Source: a virus
Lineage: Duplodnaviria; Caudoviricetes
Strand: one strand, 5' to 3'
Virus record (IMG/VR): IMGVR_UViG_3300033070_001349
Location: 64,001-128,000 of that record
DNA: 64,000 nucleotides
Position 1 is the first letter of the stretch; the number at the start of each line of letters is the position of its first letter. The notes beneath the pieces were generated by a model. That model had not been told where the DNA came from and did not search any database. It worked only from the letters and a program-made list of their open reading frames with translations. Below, piece by piece: positions 38,901-47,350 of this stretch. Made by a program: the position numbers and the translations under genes.

Positions 38901-41900
38901 GCAGACCCACATCCACCTCGCCATGGCGGCCAAGATCAACGGGGTGGTCTCGCCCTCCATTGCGGTCAAGCTCCTCGGGAACAAGATCCCGGTCTCCCCG
39001 GAGATGCTCAAGGCCCTGGTTCCCACATGGGGAGCCTCGGGGGAGACGCCGGAGGGCTACGCGGCGCTCGTCAAGCAAAAGCTCGACACGCTCGTGAACT
39101 ACGGGGGGCCGAACGCGGATAGCCTCAAGACCGAGGCGGGCGCCCTGGAGAAGCAGTACGGTCCCAACTGGCACCTCAAGCTCGCCCTCGGCGACTTCTT
39201 CGAGCAAGGGGAGAGCGCGGGTACCACCGTCCCGGCCACCCTCCTCCAGAAGGCCCTCGTCACGCACACGCCCGTGGCCCCGTCCGCCCCAGCGGCGGTC
39301 CCTGCTGCTCCCCCCAAGGACCTCCCCTACGAGGGTCCTGACTCCGAGCTCTACAAAACCATGGCCGTCTTCGGCGGGGACCCCCTGGGCGTGGAGGAGT
39401 GGATCGGCCAGGAGCCCAAGGCGGACGACATCGTCAACAAGCTCAAGGCGAAGTACCCGGGGAAGTGGGCGGCCCACGCCCACCTCGCCCATGCCGCCCT
39501 CTCCGGTAAGGACCTCGCGAAGAAGCACGTCGACAAGCTCCTCGGGCCGAACGCGCCGTACCTCTCCGACGATCTGAACGACGACCTCGGCCTCTTCGGG
39601 CAGACCTTCAAGGACCACGCGGAGGTCATGGCGCACCTCCAGAAGAAGGTCAGCAAGCTCAAGGACGAGTCCGCCGAGGAGGCGGAGAAGCTCAAGGCGA
39701 AGTACGGCCCCAACTGGCTCCACAAGATCGCGGCCCACTACACCGAGACGCCGGTCCCGCCCCACGTAGTCCAGGCCCTCCTCCATGGCCCGGAGGCTCC
39801 CCTCGCGGGCTCCGCTCCGGCTACCCCCAGCCCCGCCGCCGGAGCTCCCGCCGAGCCGCCCCCTGACCTCTCGAAGGCCAAGGCGTTCTACGCCGCCCAT
39901 CCCGAGATCGTGGCGGCCATGGCCTCCATGACCCCGGCGGAGTTCGCCGACGCCGCCAAGGCCGCCCACGCCTACCCCGGCACCAACGCCGCGTGGGTCA
40001 ACGCCCTCAAGGGCGCCACGGACCACGGCTACGGGATGTTCACCCCGGCCGAGGAGATCATCGCCTCCGTCAAGGCCCTCAAGGACGCCGGGGGCATCCC
40101 CGCCGACGCGAAGAAGGCCCCCGCTCCGATCAACGGCCCGGTGACGACCGCGACCAACGCCCCTATGCCCGGCATGGCCGGGGCGATTCTCAGCAAGTCC
40201 TTCGGCCCATGGCACCCGGCCGCGGAGATGCTCAACGCAAGCCCCGAGATGCTCGCGAAGCTCATCGACGCTTCCGCGCACCCCTACGGATACATGAACG
40301 GCCAGGGGTTCGCCCACGCCTACGCCAGCAAGCTCGCGTACGGCCCCGACCACAACCCTCACACCCCGGGCGCCACCCCTCCTCCCCCCGGATGGGAGAA
40401 GGCGATGGTGGCCGCCTACGTGGCCCACCATTCGACCCACTACGTACCCTCGAACGACTACGAGCAGGCCGAGTACAAGCACTCGGTCACGACGACGCTC
40501 CAGAAGCACCTCGACAAGTACGTCAAGTCGCCGTTCAAGGCCCCGGCCTTCCATCACGACAAGGCCTTCGCCGCCCTCACGGCCGCTGGGAAGAAGACGG
40601 TCATCGCCAACCTCCTCAAGAGCGGCCACCTCAAGCCCACGCTGTCCGCCGTTCAGCTCGCGAAGCTCCAGGCCGTCGCCAAGCAGATCGTCGCCCAGAC
40701 AGCCCTTCACGGGGGCGACTCGACCAAGGCTCAAGAGGCGGTCCTGACCCCTGCGGTCGTGAGCGCCCTCAAGTCCTACGGCCCGTCCTGGCCCCACGCG
40801 GCCAACGTCTTCCTCAAGCATGAGGGGCACCCGCCGATCAAGGCGCTCCCGTCGGACTGGATCGACCCCTCCGCGGTCCCCCTCCCCCCGGCGCTCAAGG
40901 CCTTCTACGAAGCGCCGACCACGATCCCGGGCACCTCGCTTACACCGCCCTTCGCGGGGGGGCCCAAGCCCGCCACGCCCACCCCTGCGCCCACCCCTGC
41001 GCCCCCCCCGAAGGCCCCGCCTCCGCCGCCCCCGGCCCAGGTGCAGAGCGCGGCCAAGGTGGTCACCAAGGGCACCCCGAAGGCGGTCAAGGCCGCCCCC
41101 AAGGACCCGGCGCCTGCCGGGTGGGCCACCGGCACGGCCGCCGAGCCCCCGGCCCCCAAGGTCGGCCTCATCCCGAGCCTCCCGAAGCCCTCGGCGCCGA
41201 AGGTCCAGGGCACGGGCACGCCCATCCACGAGGCCCACGAGTCCGCCCAGGCGGCGGCCCACCACCTCCCCGGCGGGCAGAAGAAGGTCGTCACCTCGAC
41301 CGACGGGACGCAGTGGGCCTCGTACCTCCCGCACGACCACCTCGGGGCCCCCCTCGGGCCTTCGGGCGCCTCGGCCACCAACCTCTTCCACGGCCTCGCC
41401 GGGTTCGTGAAGCCCGGCGCGTCCTACGCGGTGAGCGCGGACGACCACGCGATCCTCCACCCCCTGCCCGAGGGGACCAAGAGCCTCGACGGCGTGCCCC
41501 CGAGCGCCCTCTCCCCGGCCGAGCTCCAAGACGTGGCGACCGAGCACGTCCTCGACTGGGCCATGGGCATCCACGCGACCCACGGCGGGACCCTCCAGCG
41601 CACCCCCGACGGCCGCATCGTGGGCACCGCGAAGACCCAGCCCTTCGTCCACGACGATCAGGATAAGCTCTCGCTCGACTGGCAGTCCCCGACCTCGACG
41701 AAGCCCTCGTACTACAACAAGTTCTGGCAGGACTGGGTCGACGGCAAGCACGACTTCGACCCCCACACGCTCAAGGGCGCGATCGAGTCGATCGAGTCCG
41801 TCGACCCCAAGGGCTACGCCGACTCGCTCCGCAAGCACTTCGAGGCTCTCCACCCGGGCCAGCCCGACACGGTCTACGACCGCGCGCAGTCGGCCCTCTA

Positions 41901-43665
41901 CCGCAAGGCCGGGGTCCGCGCCGACTTCGAGCGCTTCCTCACCGACGCCTACCGGCAGCGCACCGGCAAGAGCAAGGGCTTCTTCACCTTCGACGAGGGG
42001 TGGATCGAGGCGCCCGAGGAGCCCTACGAGGTGCCCGTCCCCATGGAGGAGTACGCGAGCAGCCAGGGCATCGAGACGACGGCCTACCAGGACTACTCGA
42101 CGACGCCCCCGAAGCCCGACGCCTCGAAGCTCACGCTCAAGGTTCCGAAGAGCCACGACCTCACCAAGCTCACCGACCTCCTCTCGAAGGTCGGCGTGAA
42201 GATGCACGGGACGCCTGTGACAGGCAGCGCGAACCACATGGTCTTCGTGGACGCGCAGGAGTTCAAGAACACCAACTCCGGCAAGACGAAGACCGTCGTC
42301 CCCAAGGCCGCGTCGACCAACACCCCGACCCGCCCGCGGTACTTCCCCAAGGTGTTCCGGCCCAAGCCGGTGACGGACGCCAACGCCCTCAAGACGATCG
42401 AGAGCCACGACTTCCACTACACCGGGAAGGCCCTCCACGCCGACGGGCCCGCGCTCGAAGGTCAGGTGATGAAGGTCAAGAAGCTCTCGGGGAAGAAGGC
42501 CCCGGAGTATCAGGTCTCCTTCAAGCTCCGCGAGCCCTACTGGGGGAATCTCGCCTCGGGCGGCGCCTCGGCCACCTTCGCGTACAAGCAGGGCACCTTC
42601 GATCCGGCGACGGGCGAGCTCGACCACGGCAAGACCAAGATCGACAGCGTGCCTTCTCGGAAGTGGGACGTGGGTTCCCACGAGGCTCACTTCGTCACCG
42701 ACCCCTCTCAATATGCCTACAAGGGGACGATGGTCCTCCACCTCAAGCCCGCGAAGGGCCAGACGGTCGAGGCGGCTCTTCACGAGGCCCTCGAAGGGGT
42801 GAAGCCCGGCCTCGGCGCGGACCTCCTCAAGCCCCCGAGCGCGGAGGACAAGGAAGTCGCCCGGCTCTCCCGTCTCCTCTGGGCCAAGGCGCCCCAGAGC
42901 TCGGACCAGCTCGACGCCCTCGAAGCCAAGAACCCCAAGGTTCGCACGGTGGCCGCGCTCAAGAAACGCCTCGCGGCGGCCAACGTCTCCGAGGAGGTGC
43001 AGTCCCGCGTGGTCGAGCGCGAGGTCTACGACGGCCACCTCACGCACGTCCTCCCCGGCCGGGCGAAGAGCATGGGGTGCCGGATGCTCTTCCAGGGCAT
43101 CGGCGACATCAACGGGGCCCTGAACCTCGCGGCCTCCGGGATCATGGGCATCCACGAGCGCAACCTCGCAGGCTACCCCAAGATCGGCGGCTCCTACGAC
43201 GCGGACGTGGCGAGCGGCTCCGCCGACGGGACCCTGTGCCGCGTCGCGACGGACGCCGCCATGAGTGCCAGCTTCAACAGTCACGCCTTCTCGGGGGACT
43301 ATCAGGCCATCATCGCCCCCGATGAGCTCGACCGCCTCGACGCCTATATGTACCTGGGCGACACGTACGGAAACTGCAAGAAGAGCTCCTCGTCGTGGAC
43401 CGGCCGAAACACGGTGGAGGCGAACGTGGCCTCGCTCACCAAGGGGCACCAGTCGGGCAACGAAATCTCCTTCCGCAAGGGGATCCACCGCAACCGCATC
43501 CTGCGCATCGTCACGCAGAGCGAGTCCTCGCGAAAGGCCTTCATCGACGGCGCCAAGGCCCGCGGCATCACCGAAGTGAACGGGATGCCCGTCGAGGACT
43601 ACTGCGTCGTCGGGAACAACCTCGGGGACGCCTATAACAAGTACGTGAAGCCGCTGGGGTACTAG
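32908..43665 (+). CDS. Giant (~3,585 aa) polyvalent protein: kinase-like domain, repeats, pseudokinase, ART-like C-terminus; likely virion-injected
   Basis: Uninterrupted GC3-rich ORF; YLFK...EHVIDW..GNHDGHGGQF...GIDKEQAF; degenerate second copy; recurrent K(Y/H)GxxW motif. Start uncertain (32746-32908). Confidence 0.85.
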   Translation: MSPPPILTHGELLAELKSSSTSGALTEAKHYPPGYCKLMGKAPQWVYIKTTDPKKPWKYYATPGTEKGDTALAKSKVWDEAADKKETLAAKAGVAVHTAQDLSGLPDDAKAALKGEFGDDWQDELSKTLTDLKSLEGELEGEHDEWMASKGGGKGGKAKASKPAAATATAAPAAEPEPEPDAAPATGEPAAEPEKPSAEEPAEPAPEAPSEPEKPSEPEAPVPSHVTPSEEPPEPAPPEPEDGTHPGDDILALLKGEPEAPKEPEASPAEEPAAAKEPEPEAPKAEPDTATAASSTPVAPEAAGAVPSEIPDVADLAYAGNAQHLGGQSKKHYFTDKKGRKYLFKTAKDANDVRKPWAAQAAELASSIQRKVLGKGVPVKVLSIGGSTGTIQPVMELGDPPSLVSTPPEKLTLADANAVAQEHVIDWGTGNHDGHGGQFIRLKDGTLVGIDKEQAFRFLGTPGEKLSTSYDPNPDTPYYNGFWTAFAAGKLPAAFDPKSAMLPALNSMMALPDAEYKEGLQAYFDSLPASAKAARPDFVEKALTRKASLKSDFEGFLTPLYRKKEGNPKGKFTFEHGWIPDGKVPKGAAPAETSPETLPAPAIPNPLVVDPKYQSFLDDLAAASKVDLSNAADLSPVGIANVALDHLPAKQAKALQAKYGDLHPYLQAGHAAYKFAKKDYTNGASPEAINNDLSTADPPVDVSDYHAVYKALRHSPKYKDGGLYAQAYAAVHGPDWKEKMAKTVAALNGVVSSEPEQDHKDVPTWEPTDADIDAMAAAAGEPSDPEPPTATPTPGTPILSGPPAVGSESWPHEKYKGLSAAVAAISAGKGKTSDAMLKAFQDEDYPKKYGPQVADCINAIRVAMGKPAYLKLPGKVLTQTELESLHQLISNDADGFKTNATAGVFKLSTDQLHAANAMLAFRGYGPIGAAEPEEPASSAPAPSAPAIEAPKSSKPVHLTPAMVAAVPSLFDGFGTDEESVEAIDTALNDAAEAMEKDPTKATKGEINPWVKGLMDAHGDHWKTVAKAAITKINTKKGDPDDLVLNPPQILSSHLKELTPSEVIAKIEGYAAKGLGGEALKWLQQIKAKHDEDWEKVATRELTKLASNLTDHAPIGEPIIPGTSDPEAPASPVAPLGVPPKSAGPVLTPALVAAVPPSMLGYGPDDTEALLQNLEGDLKQGITPLGSIGSWSKALHGMYGDEWIATAKAAVQAANHTEGDPNDLLTNVPIQITHQLGPGGPSPEQYLQFIQGKHHQGGKGHQWLEQVKAKHPDDWKEVALGKLKAIAAKHTDHTPLGAASAAPAGASDDPPVPPTIHPEDITDADAALDSLADKLANHPSGSMLGLGPTLGWVQALKDKHGDQWKDAAKKALGFASAAESPSKTSGLEAEGSAIAKMMAAGAAASSKGLTQALGLSKPVDPMGVAHIANTIAKVAAASQASTPDELFADVLDSKGDGYFKSSLGNTAASEKEWMEAVQKMVYAHTAKHPLKPFEPQAAPAASPVSPEKHLASLKNPVHDLANYLTKGSKAFPPGVDIPHAVHALAGAVMGKDGSLSPEAEAALGLTHEYASSIKGILDLSGAKKSKESFSNSAFLGAVAGGFKMPEEKLLAMVNGYLAAKGEDPIVTAAPGTPAAAPSATDPAVSPGVDVLSHPKVSAVLTDPANTTPHAVFQGLTKLTGQGIGPSGWPSKALAQWAMSKGLTSGQATALAHPKLSAMGLVGDPDATPSAVYSKVAKLTGDKANELSDELGDSWYSDFLDGWSTLHSQTVGSTQKAPHGVWVGDFTNKFAKNLLSHDESPKDWYADLLHFDKSVKNAPDDIVQGWHQWKAKCEKEYGPTWKEKLVAAAAAYHGKGYDSLPDEVKAKVPQTTEKFYAAMYPKGKPVTGSHLDLFNVNGVKQAIEDYKSGSAWPEHAAIFDAAKASYGPGWESAFLADYAAHKGEPVPHTPVASHPYEPVDSPLVDTLWSAGYGQTASLASISVNYPELADKWKAKYGPDAQTHIHLAMAAKINGVVSPSIAVKLLGNKIPVSPEMLKALVPTWGASGETPEGYAALVKQKLDTLVNYGGPNADSLKTEAGALEKQYGPNWHLKLALGDFFEQGESAGTTVPATLLQKALVTHTPVAPSAPAAVPAAPPKDLPYEGPDSELYKTMAVFGGDPLGVEEWIGQEPKADDIVNKLKAKYPGKWAAHAHLAHAALSGKDLAKKHVDKLLGPNAPYLSDDLNDDLGLFGQTFKDHAEVMAHLQKKVSKLKDESAEEAEKLKAKYGPNWLHKIAAHYTETPVPPHVVQALLHGPEAPLAGSAPATPSPAAGAPAEPPPDLSKAKAFYAAHPEIVAAMASMTPAEFADAAKAAHAYPGTNAAWVNALKGATDHGYGMFTPAEEIIASVKALKDAGGIPADAKKAPAPINGPVTTATNAPMPGMAGAILSKSFGPWHPAAEMLNASPEMLAKLIDASAHPYGYMNGQGFAHAYASKLAYGPDHNPHTPGATPPPPGWEKAMVAAYVAHHSTHYVPSNDYEQAEYKHSVTTTLQKHLDKYVKSPFKAPAFHHDKAFAALTAAGKKTVIANLLKSGHLKPTLSAVQLAKLQAVAKQIVAQTALHGGDSTKAQEAVLTPAVVSALKSYGPSWPHAANVFLKHEGHPPIKALPSDWIDPSAVPLPPALKAFYEAPTTIPGTSLTPPFAGGPKPATPTPAPTPAPPPKAPPPPPPAQVQSAAKVVTKGTPKAVKAAPKDPAPAGWATGTAAEPPAPKVGLIPSLPKPSAPKVQGTGTPIHEAHESAQAAAHHLPGGQKKVVTSTDGTQWASYLPHDHLGAPLGPSGASATNLFHGLAGFVKPGASYAVSADDHAILHPLPEGTKSLDGVPPSALSPAELQDVATEHVLDWAMGIHATHGGTLQRTPDGRIVGTAKTQPFVHDDQDKLSLDWQSPTSTKPSYYNKFWQDWVDGKHDFDPHTLKGAIESIESVDPKGYADSLRKHFEALHPGQPDTVYDRAQSALYRKAGVRADFERFLTDAYRQRTGKSKGFFTFDEGWIEAPEEPYEVPVPMEEYASSQGIETTAYQDYSTTPPKPDASKLTLKVPKSHDLTKLTDLLSKVGVKMHGTPVTGSANHMVFVDAQEFKNTNSGKTKTVVPKAASTNTPTRPRYFPKVFRPKPVTDANALKTIESHDFHYTGKALHADGPALEGQVMKVKKLSGKKAPEYQVSFKLREPYWGNLASGGASATFAYKQGTFDPATGELDHGKTKIDSVPSRKWDVGSHEAHFVTDPSQYAYKGTMVLHLKPAKGQTVEAALHEALEGVKPGLGADLLKPPSAEDKEVARLSRLLWAKAPQSSDQLDALEAKNPKVRTVAALKKRLAAANVSEEVQSRVVEREVYDGHLTHVLPGRAKSMGCRMLFQGIGDINGALNLAASGIMGIHERNLAGYPKIGGSYDADVASGSADGTLCRVATDAAMSASFNSHAFSGDYQAIIAPDELDRLDAYMYLGDTYGNCKKSSSSWTGRNTVEANVASLTKGHQSGNEISFRKGIHRNRILRIVTQSESSRKAFIDGAKARGITEVNGMPVEDYCVVGNNLGDAYNKYVKPLGY
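33575..33590. promoter_or_regulatory. 16-bp quasi-palindrome copy 7 CGAGTCATGTGACTCC
   Basis: Dispersed motif. Confidence 0.7.
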
Positions 43666-43667
43666 AA

Positions 43668-44135
43668 GTGAGCGACCTCTTCCACACGCCGTGCATCCTC
43701 CACTGCGAGAACGACCCCTCGATCCTCGACCAGATCATCGTGGGCCTCCGCACCTACGCCCGCCCGATCGACGCCTCCCCCGGGGCGACGCTCGACGGGG
43801 TCGCCATGTACACGGCCGCCGAGCGGGGGCTCTTCATCCCCGGCGGGCCCCTCCGCAAGGCGGAGGGGGGCTCCTACCGCCTCACCGACGCCGCCCGCCG
43901 CAACCGGATGAACGTCCCCCTCCGGTGGAGCTTCACCCCCCTGACGCTCGAATCCTGGGACGCCTACCGGCAGAAGCACAACGTGACCGGCGGGGACGTG
44001 CTCCGCGCCCAGGTGGGCGACACCAACGGCCTCCTCAACTTCTACCGCCAGGAGTTCCTGCCCAGGGGGTGGGAGGAGGAGTACCTCAAGGATACGCGCG
44101 TCCCGCCCGAGGAGCCCGAGACCGACGACGCTTGA
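43668..44135 (+). CDS. Hypothetical protein coupled to the giant gene
   Basis: GTG 2 nt after giant-gene stop; GC3-rich. Confidence 0.65.
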   Translation: MSDLFHTPCILHCENDPSILDQIIVGLRTYARPIDASPGATLDGVAMYTAAERGLFIPGGPLRKAEGGSYRLTDAARRNRMNVPLRWSFTPLTLESWDAYRQKHNVTGGDVLRAQVGDTNGLLNFYRQEFLPRGWEEEYLKDTRVPPEEPETDDA

Positions 44136-44159
44136 CCATCGCGTCTCGTGTGATACATA
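44132..44159 (+). promoter_or_regulatory. Candidate promoter TTGACC-N16-TACATA upstream of polA
   Basis: Seen directly. Confidence 0.5.
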
Positions 44160-44169
44160 CGGCGGCCCC

Positions 44170-47100
44170 ATGGCGCTCTCCTACGAGTTTGTGACCCGCG
44201 CCGAGCGCCTGGAGCACATCGCGAACGAGATCGCCGAGGCCGAGGTGGTGGCCCTCGACCTTGAGACCACGCCCAAGAAGCAGTGGTTGAAGCGCCAGGG
44301 GGCGGCCTTCTCGCCCCTGTACGGCGAGAGCCGCATCGCGTCGTTCAACACCGGCAAGGGGCGCTACGTCATCGACCTCTGGCAGACCGGGGGCCTCGGG
44401 CCGATCGCCAAGGCCCTCCACAACCCCACCGCCGCGGTCGGCAAGGGCCGCCCGGTGATGGTCCTCCAGAATTGCCTCACGGCCGACAGCCGGGTCCTCC
44501 TGGCCGACGGGTCCAAGGTCCGGCTCGACAAGCTGGTCCGGGACAAGCACCCCGGGCCGGTGCTGTGCCTCAACGAGGCGACAGGCGAGATCGAGTCCAA
44601 GCCCATCGTCGGGTGGATCAAGGCGCCGGTTCGACCGTGGGAGGACTGGCTCCGGGTCCAGGTCCGGGGCAAGGGGTGCCTGCGGCTCACCAAGGACCAC
44701 GTCGTCCTGACCCGGCGGGGCCGAGTACCCGCGGCGGACCTTCGCGTAGGGGATGAGATCCTCACCCGCTCCCCCGCCCTCACCGCCGCCCAACGGGACC
44801 TCATCTTCGGGTCCCTCCTTGGGGATGCCTCTATCGTCCTCCAGGCTGAGTCCAAGGCCCGCTCCCCCCTCTTCCAGGTCTCGCATTCCGAGCCCCAGCG
44901 GGCCTACGTCGAGTTCAAGGCCCGGGTCATGGGCGACCTCTTCAAGGGCCTCTCCCGCGGGAAGCCCGCGAAGCGGGGCTTCGGGGCCCGCACGGGCGTC
45001 GTCCTGTCCTGCGCCAGGACCCGCTCCGACGCTCGACTGTGGCCCGTACGAGACGCCTGCATCCGCGAGGGCAAGAAGACCCTCACCCCCGAGTGGCTTG
45101 CCGAATTGACGTGGGCGTCCCTCGCCGTATGGTACTGCGACGACGGCTCCCTCGCGGGGCGAGGGGTCTCCGTTTGCGTGTCGAAGTTCGGGGAGACGGG
45201 CATCCCGCTCCTGGTCTCCCACCTCGAAGGGCTCGGCCTTCCGGTGGGGCTCACGACTCGCGAGGACGGCCACGTCTACCTCCACATGGCCGGGAGCAAG
45301 GGCGAGCGGCGCAACCCGGCCATGACCGGCTTCTGGGAGAACATCGCCCCGTGGGTTCCCCCCTGCATGGCGTACAAGCTCCCCGAGGAGTACCGCGAGC
45401 TCGCCTCCGAGACCCGGTGGATGGAACCTGAGGCCCCGAAGGTTGGGGCCGACACGGTGATCGAGATTCGCCCCCTGGCTCGGGAGCCCGGGGACGCCCG
45501 CCGTCACGGCGGGTTCAAGCGAGAGGGTCGCGGGCTCGCTCAATACTGTTTGACGGTGCAGGACAACCCCAACTTCTTCGTCGAGGGCCTGTCCGTAAGC
45601 AACTGCAAATTCGACCAGCGCTACCTACTCCACGAGTACGGGATCGAGCTCTGGCCTGTCTTCGACACCTTCCGCGCCTCGGCGATGATCCACAACGGGA
45701 AGGGGCTCGGTCACAACCTCTGGGACCTCTACGACCGCGAGCTCCAGATGGAGCCCTCCGTCGAGGACCTCGGCGGGTCCAACTGGGGCTCGACCGTCCT
45801 GACGCAGCAGCAACTCGACTACGCCGCGGACGACATCATCTACCTGCCCCACCTCCGGGACAGCTTGAAGCCCAAGCTCGCGCGGCTCGGGCTCAACCGC
45901 GTGGCGCAGATCGAGTTCGGCGCCATCCTCCCCGAGGCAGTGGTCGAGCTCAACGGCTTCCCCTTCGACTCGGACGCATGGCTCGCCCTCGCGGCGACCA
46001 ACCGCGCCGCCCGTGACAACCTCGGCCGGGAGATCCTCCGGCTCCTCCCCAACCCCTCGGGCCAGCTCTCCCTCATGGGGAGCGAGGAGTGGATGTACGG
46101 GCCCGATTGCCTCTCCGACTGGGCCGACTCCGTCACGGACGAGATGGAGGAGGCCGAGGGGGACGACAGCTCCGGGGGGTTCCAGGCCGCGTGGTACGAG
46201 GTTCAGGCCCAGCTTCGGCGGGCCGCTCGGCCCAAGGGGTCGAAGAAGACCGCGCACTTCAACCCCGATTCGCAGAAGCAGCTACTCGCGAGCCTCCGCC
46301 GGATGGGCGGGCCCCTCAAGGACCTCCCGGACACCTCCGAGGCCACCCTCTCGCTCTACGCGGCCAAGCTCCCGGCGATCAAGAAGCTCCTCGACTACCG
46401 AGAGGCGGCTACCCGGTGCAAGAGCTTCGGCCCCGAGTACCTCCAACACGTCAGTCCGGTCACCGGCCGCATCCACCTAGACTACTACCCCCTCCTCGTC
46501 ACCGGCCGGTACGCCCACCGGAACCCGAACCTCGGGCAGATCCCCAGGTACAAGCCCTTCCGCAAGTGCTTCAAGGTCAAGCCCGGCCGCCGGATGACCT
46601 TGTGCGACTACTCCATGGTCGAAATCGTCCTCATGGCCGAGCTCACCGGGGATAGGACCCTGTGCAGGCTGCTCCGCGAGGGCCGGGACGTGCACCGCTA
46701 CGTCGCCTCGCGCATCCTGAACAAGCCCGAGGCGGACATCACGAAGGAGGAGCGGCAGCAGGCCAAGCCCGCCGACTTCGGGTTCATCTACGGCCTTGGC
46801 GCCGAGCGCTTCGTCTCCTACGCCCTCGTGGGCTACAACGTGGTGCTCACGCTCGAACAGTCGCACCACATCCGCAACACCTTCTTCGGTGAGTTCCCGG
46901 ACATCGCGGATTGGCAGGAGTACGCCATCGCGAACGGCAAGCGGACCCACATGACGCGCTCGATCCTCGGGCGCCTCCGCTACACCGGGGAGAAGGAGCA
47001 CAACGAGTACCTCAACACGCCAGACCAAGCCTCGGGCGCGGACGGCCTGAAGATGGCCCTGCGGGACCTCCACTTCGCCCTCCGTAACAAGTTCGGCCCC

Positions 47101-47289
47101 GACGCGGTGAAGATGGTTCACCACGTCCACGACGAGACCATCCTCGAACACGCGGACGACCCGGACCTGGAGAAGGAAGTCCAGAAGGTTCAGTCCTCGG
47201 TGATGGTCGAGGCCATGTCCCGCATCGTGACGAAAGTCCCTGTGGTAGCGGAGTCCGCCTCCGGCTACTCGTGGGCCGACAAGGGCTAG
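44170..47289 (+). CDS. polA: Family A DNA polymerase (3'-5' exonuclease + polymerase) with intein
   Basis: DLET exo I, QN|CKFD exo II, YAADD exo III, TGRY...PNLGQIP, DYSMVE, AKPADFGFIYG, VHDE. Confidence 0.93.
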   Translation: MALSYEFVTRAERLEHIANEIAEAEVVALDLETTPKKQWLKRQGAAFSPLYGESRIASFNTGKGRYVIDLWQTGGLGPIAKALHNPTAAVGKGRPVMVLQNCLTADSRVLLADGSKVRLDKLVRDKHPGPVLCLNEATGEIESKPIVGWIKAPVRPWEDWLRVQVRGKGCLRLTKDHVVLTRRGRVPAADLRVGDEILTRSPALTAAQRDLIFGSLLGDASIVLQAESKARSPLFQVSHSEPQRAYVEFKARVMGDLFKGLSRGKPAKRGFGARTGVVLSCARTRSDARLWPVRDACIREGKKTLTPEWLAELTWASLAVWYCDDGSLAGRGVSVCVSKFGETGIPLLVSHLEGLGLPVGLTTREDGHVYLHMAGSKGERRNPAMTGFWENIAPWVPPCMAYKLPEEYRELASETRWMEPEAPKVGADTVIEIRPLAREPGDARRHGGFKREGRGLAQYCLTVQDNPNFFVEGLSVSNCKFDQRYLLHEYGIELWPVFDTFRASAMIHNGKGLGHNLWDLYDRELQMEPSVEDLGGSNWGSTVLTQQQLDYAADDIIYLPHLRDSLKPKLARLGLNRVAQIEFGAILPEAVVELNGFPFDSDAWLALAATNRAARDNLGREILRLLPNPSGQLSLMGSEEWMYGPDCLSDWADSVTDEMEEAEGDDSSGGFQAAWYEVQAQLRRAARPKGSKKTAHFNPDSQKQLLASLRRMGGPLKDLPDTSEATLSLYAAKLPAIKKLLDYREAATRCKSFGPEYLQHVSPVTGRIHLDYYPLLVTGRYAHRNPNLGQIPRYKPFRKCFKVKPGRRMTLCDYSMVEIVLMAELTGDRTLCRLLREGRDVHRYVASRILNKPEADITKEERQQAKPADFGFIYGLGAERFVSYALVGYNVVLTLEQSHHIRNTFFGEFPDIADWQEYAIANGKRTHMTRSILGRLRYTGEKEHNEYLNTPDQASGADGLKMALRDLHFALRNKFGPDAVKMVHHVHDETILEHADDPDLEKEVQKVQSSVMVEAMSRIVTKVPVVAESASGYSWADKG
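44473..45603 (+). mobile_element. Intein (377 aa) with LAGLIDADG endonuclease in the PolA exonuclease II motif
   Basis: QN|CLTADS...TKDH...YCLTV..NPNFF...VSN|C; GSLLGDAS, VWYCDDGS. Confidence 0.9.
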
Positions 47290-47301
47290 CATCCCCCTAC
47301 C

Positions 47302-47317
47302 GGAGCCACATGACTCC
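47302..47317. promoter_or_regulatory. 16-bp quasi-palindrome copy 8 GGAGCCACATGACTCC
   Basis: Dispersed motif, intergenic between polA and groES. Confidence 0.75.
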
Positions 47318-47350
47318 GACACCTCACTCCCCTCTCGAAAGACCCTGCCC

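Noticed and set aside
36274-43488. 2404-aa minus-strand ORF and other long antisense ORFs (e.g. 33280-36240, 51845-54463, 57723-60308)
   Set aside because: Shadow frames of high-GC3 genes with no motifs, unlike the antisense HNH, which has clear family motifs
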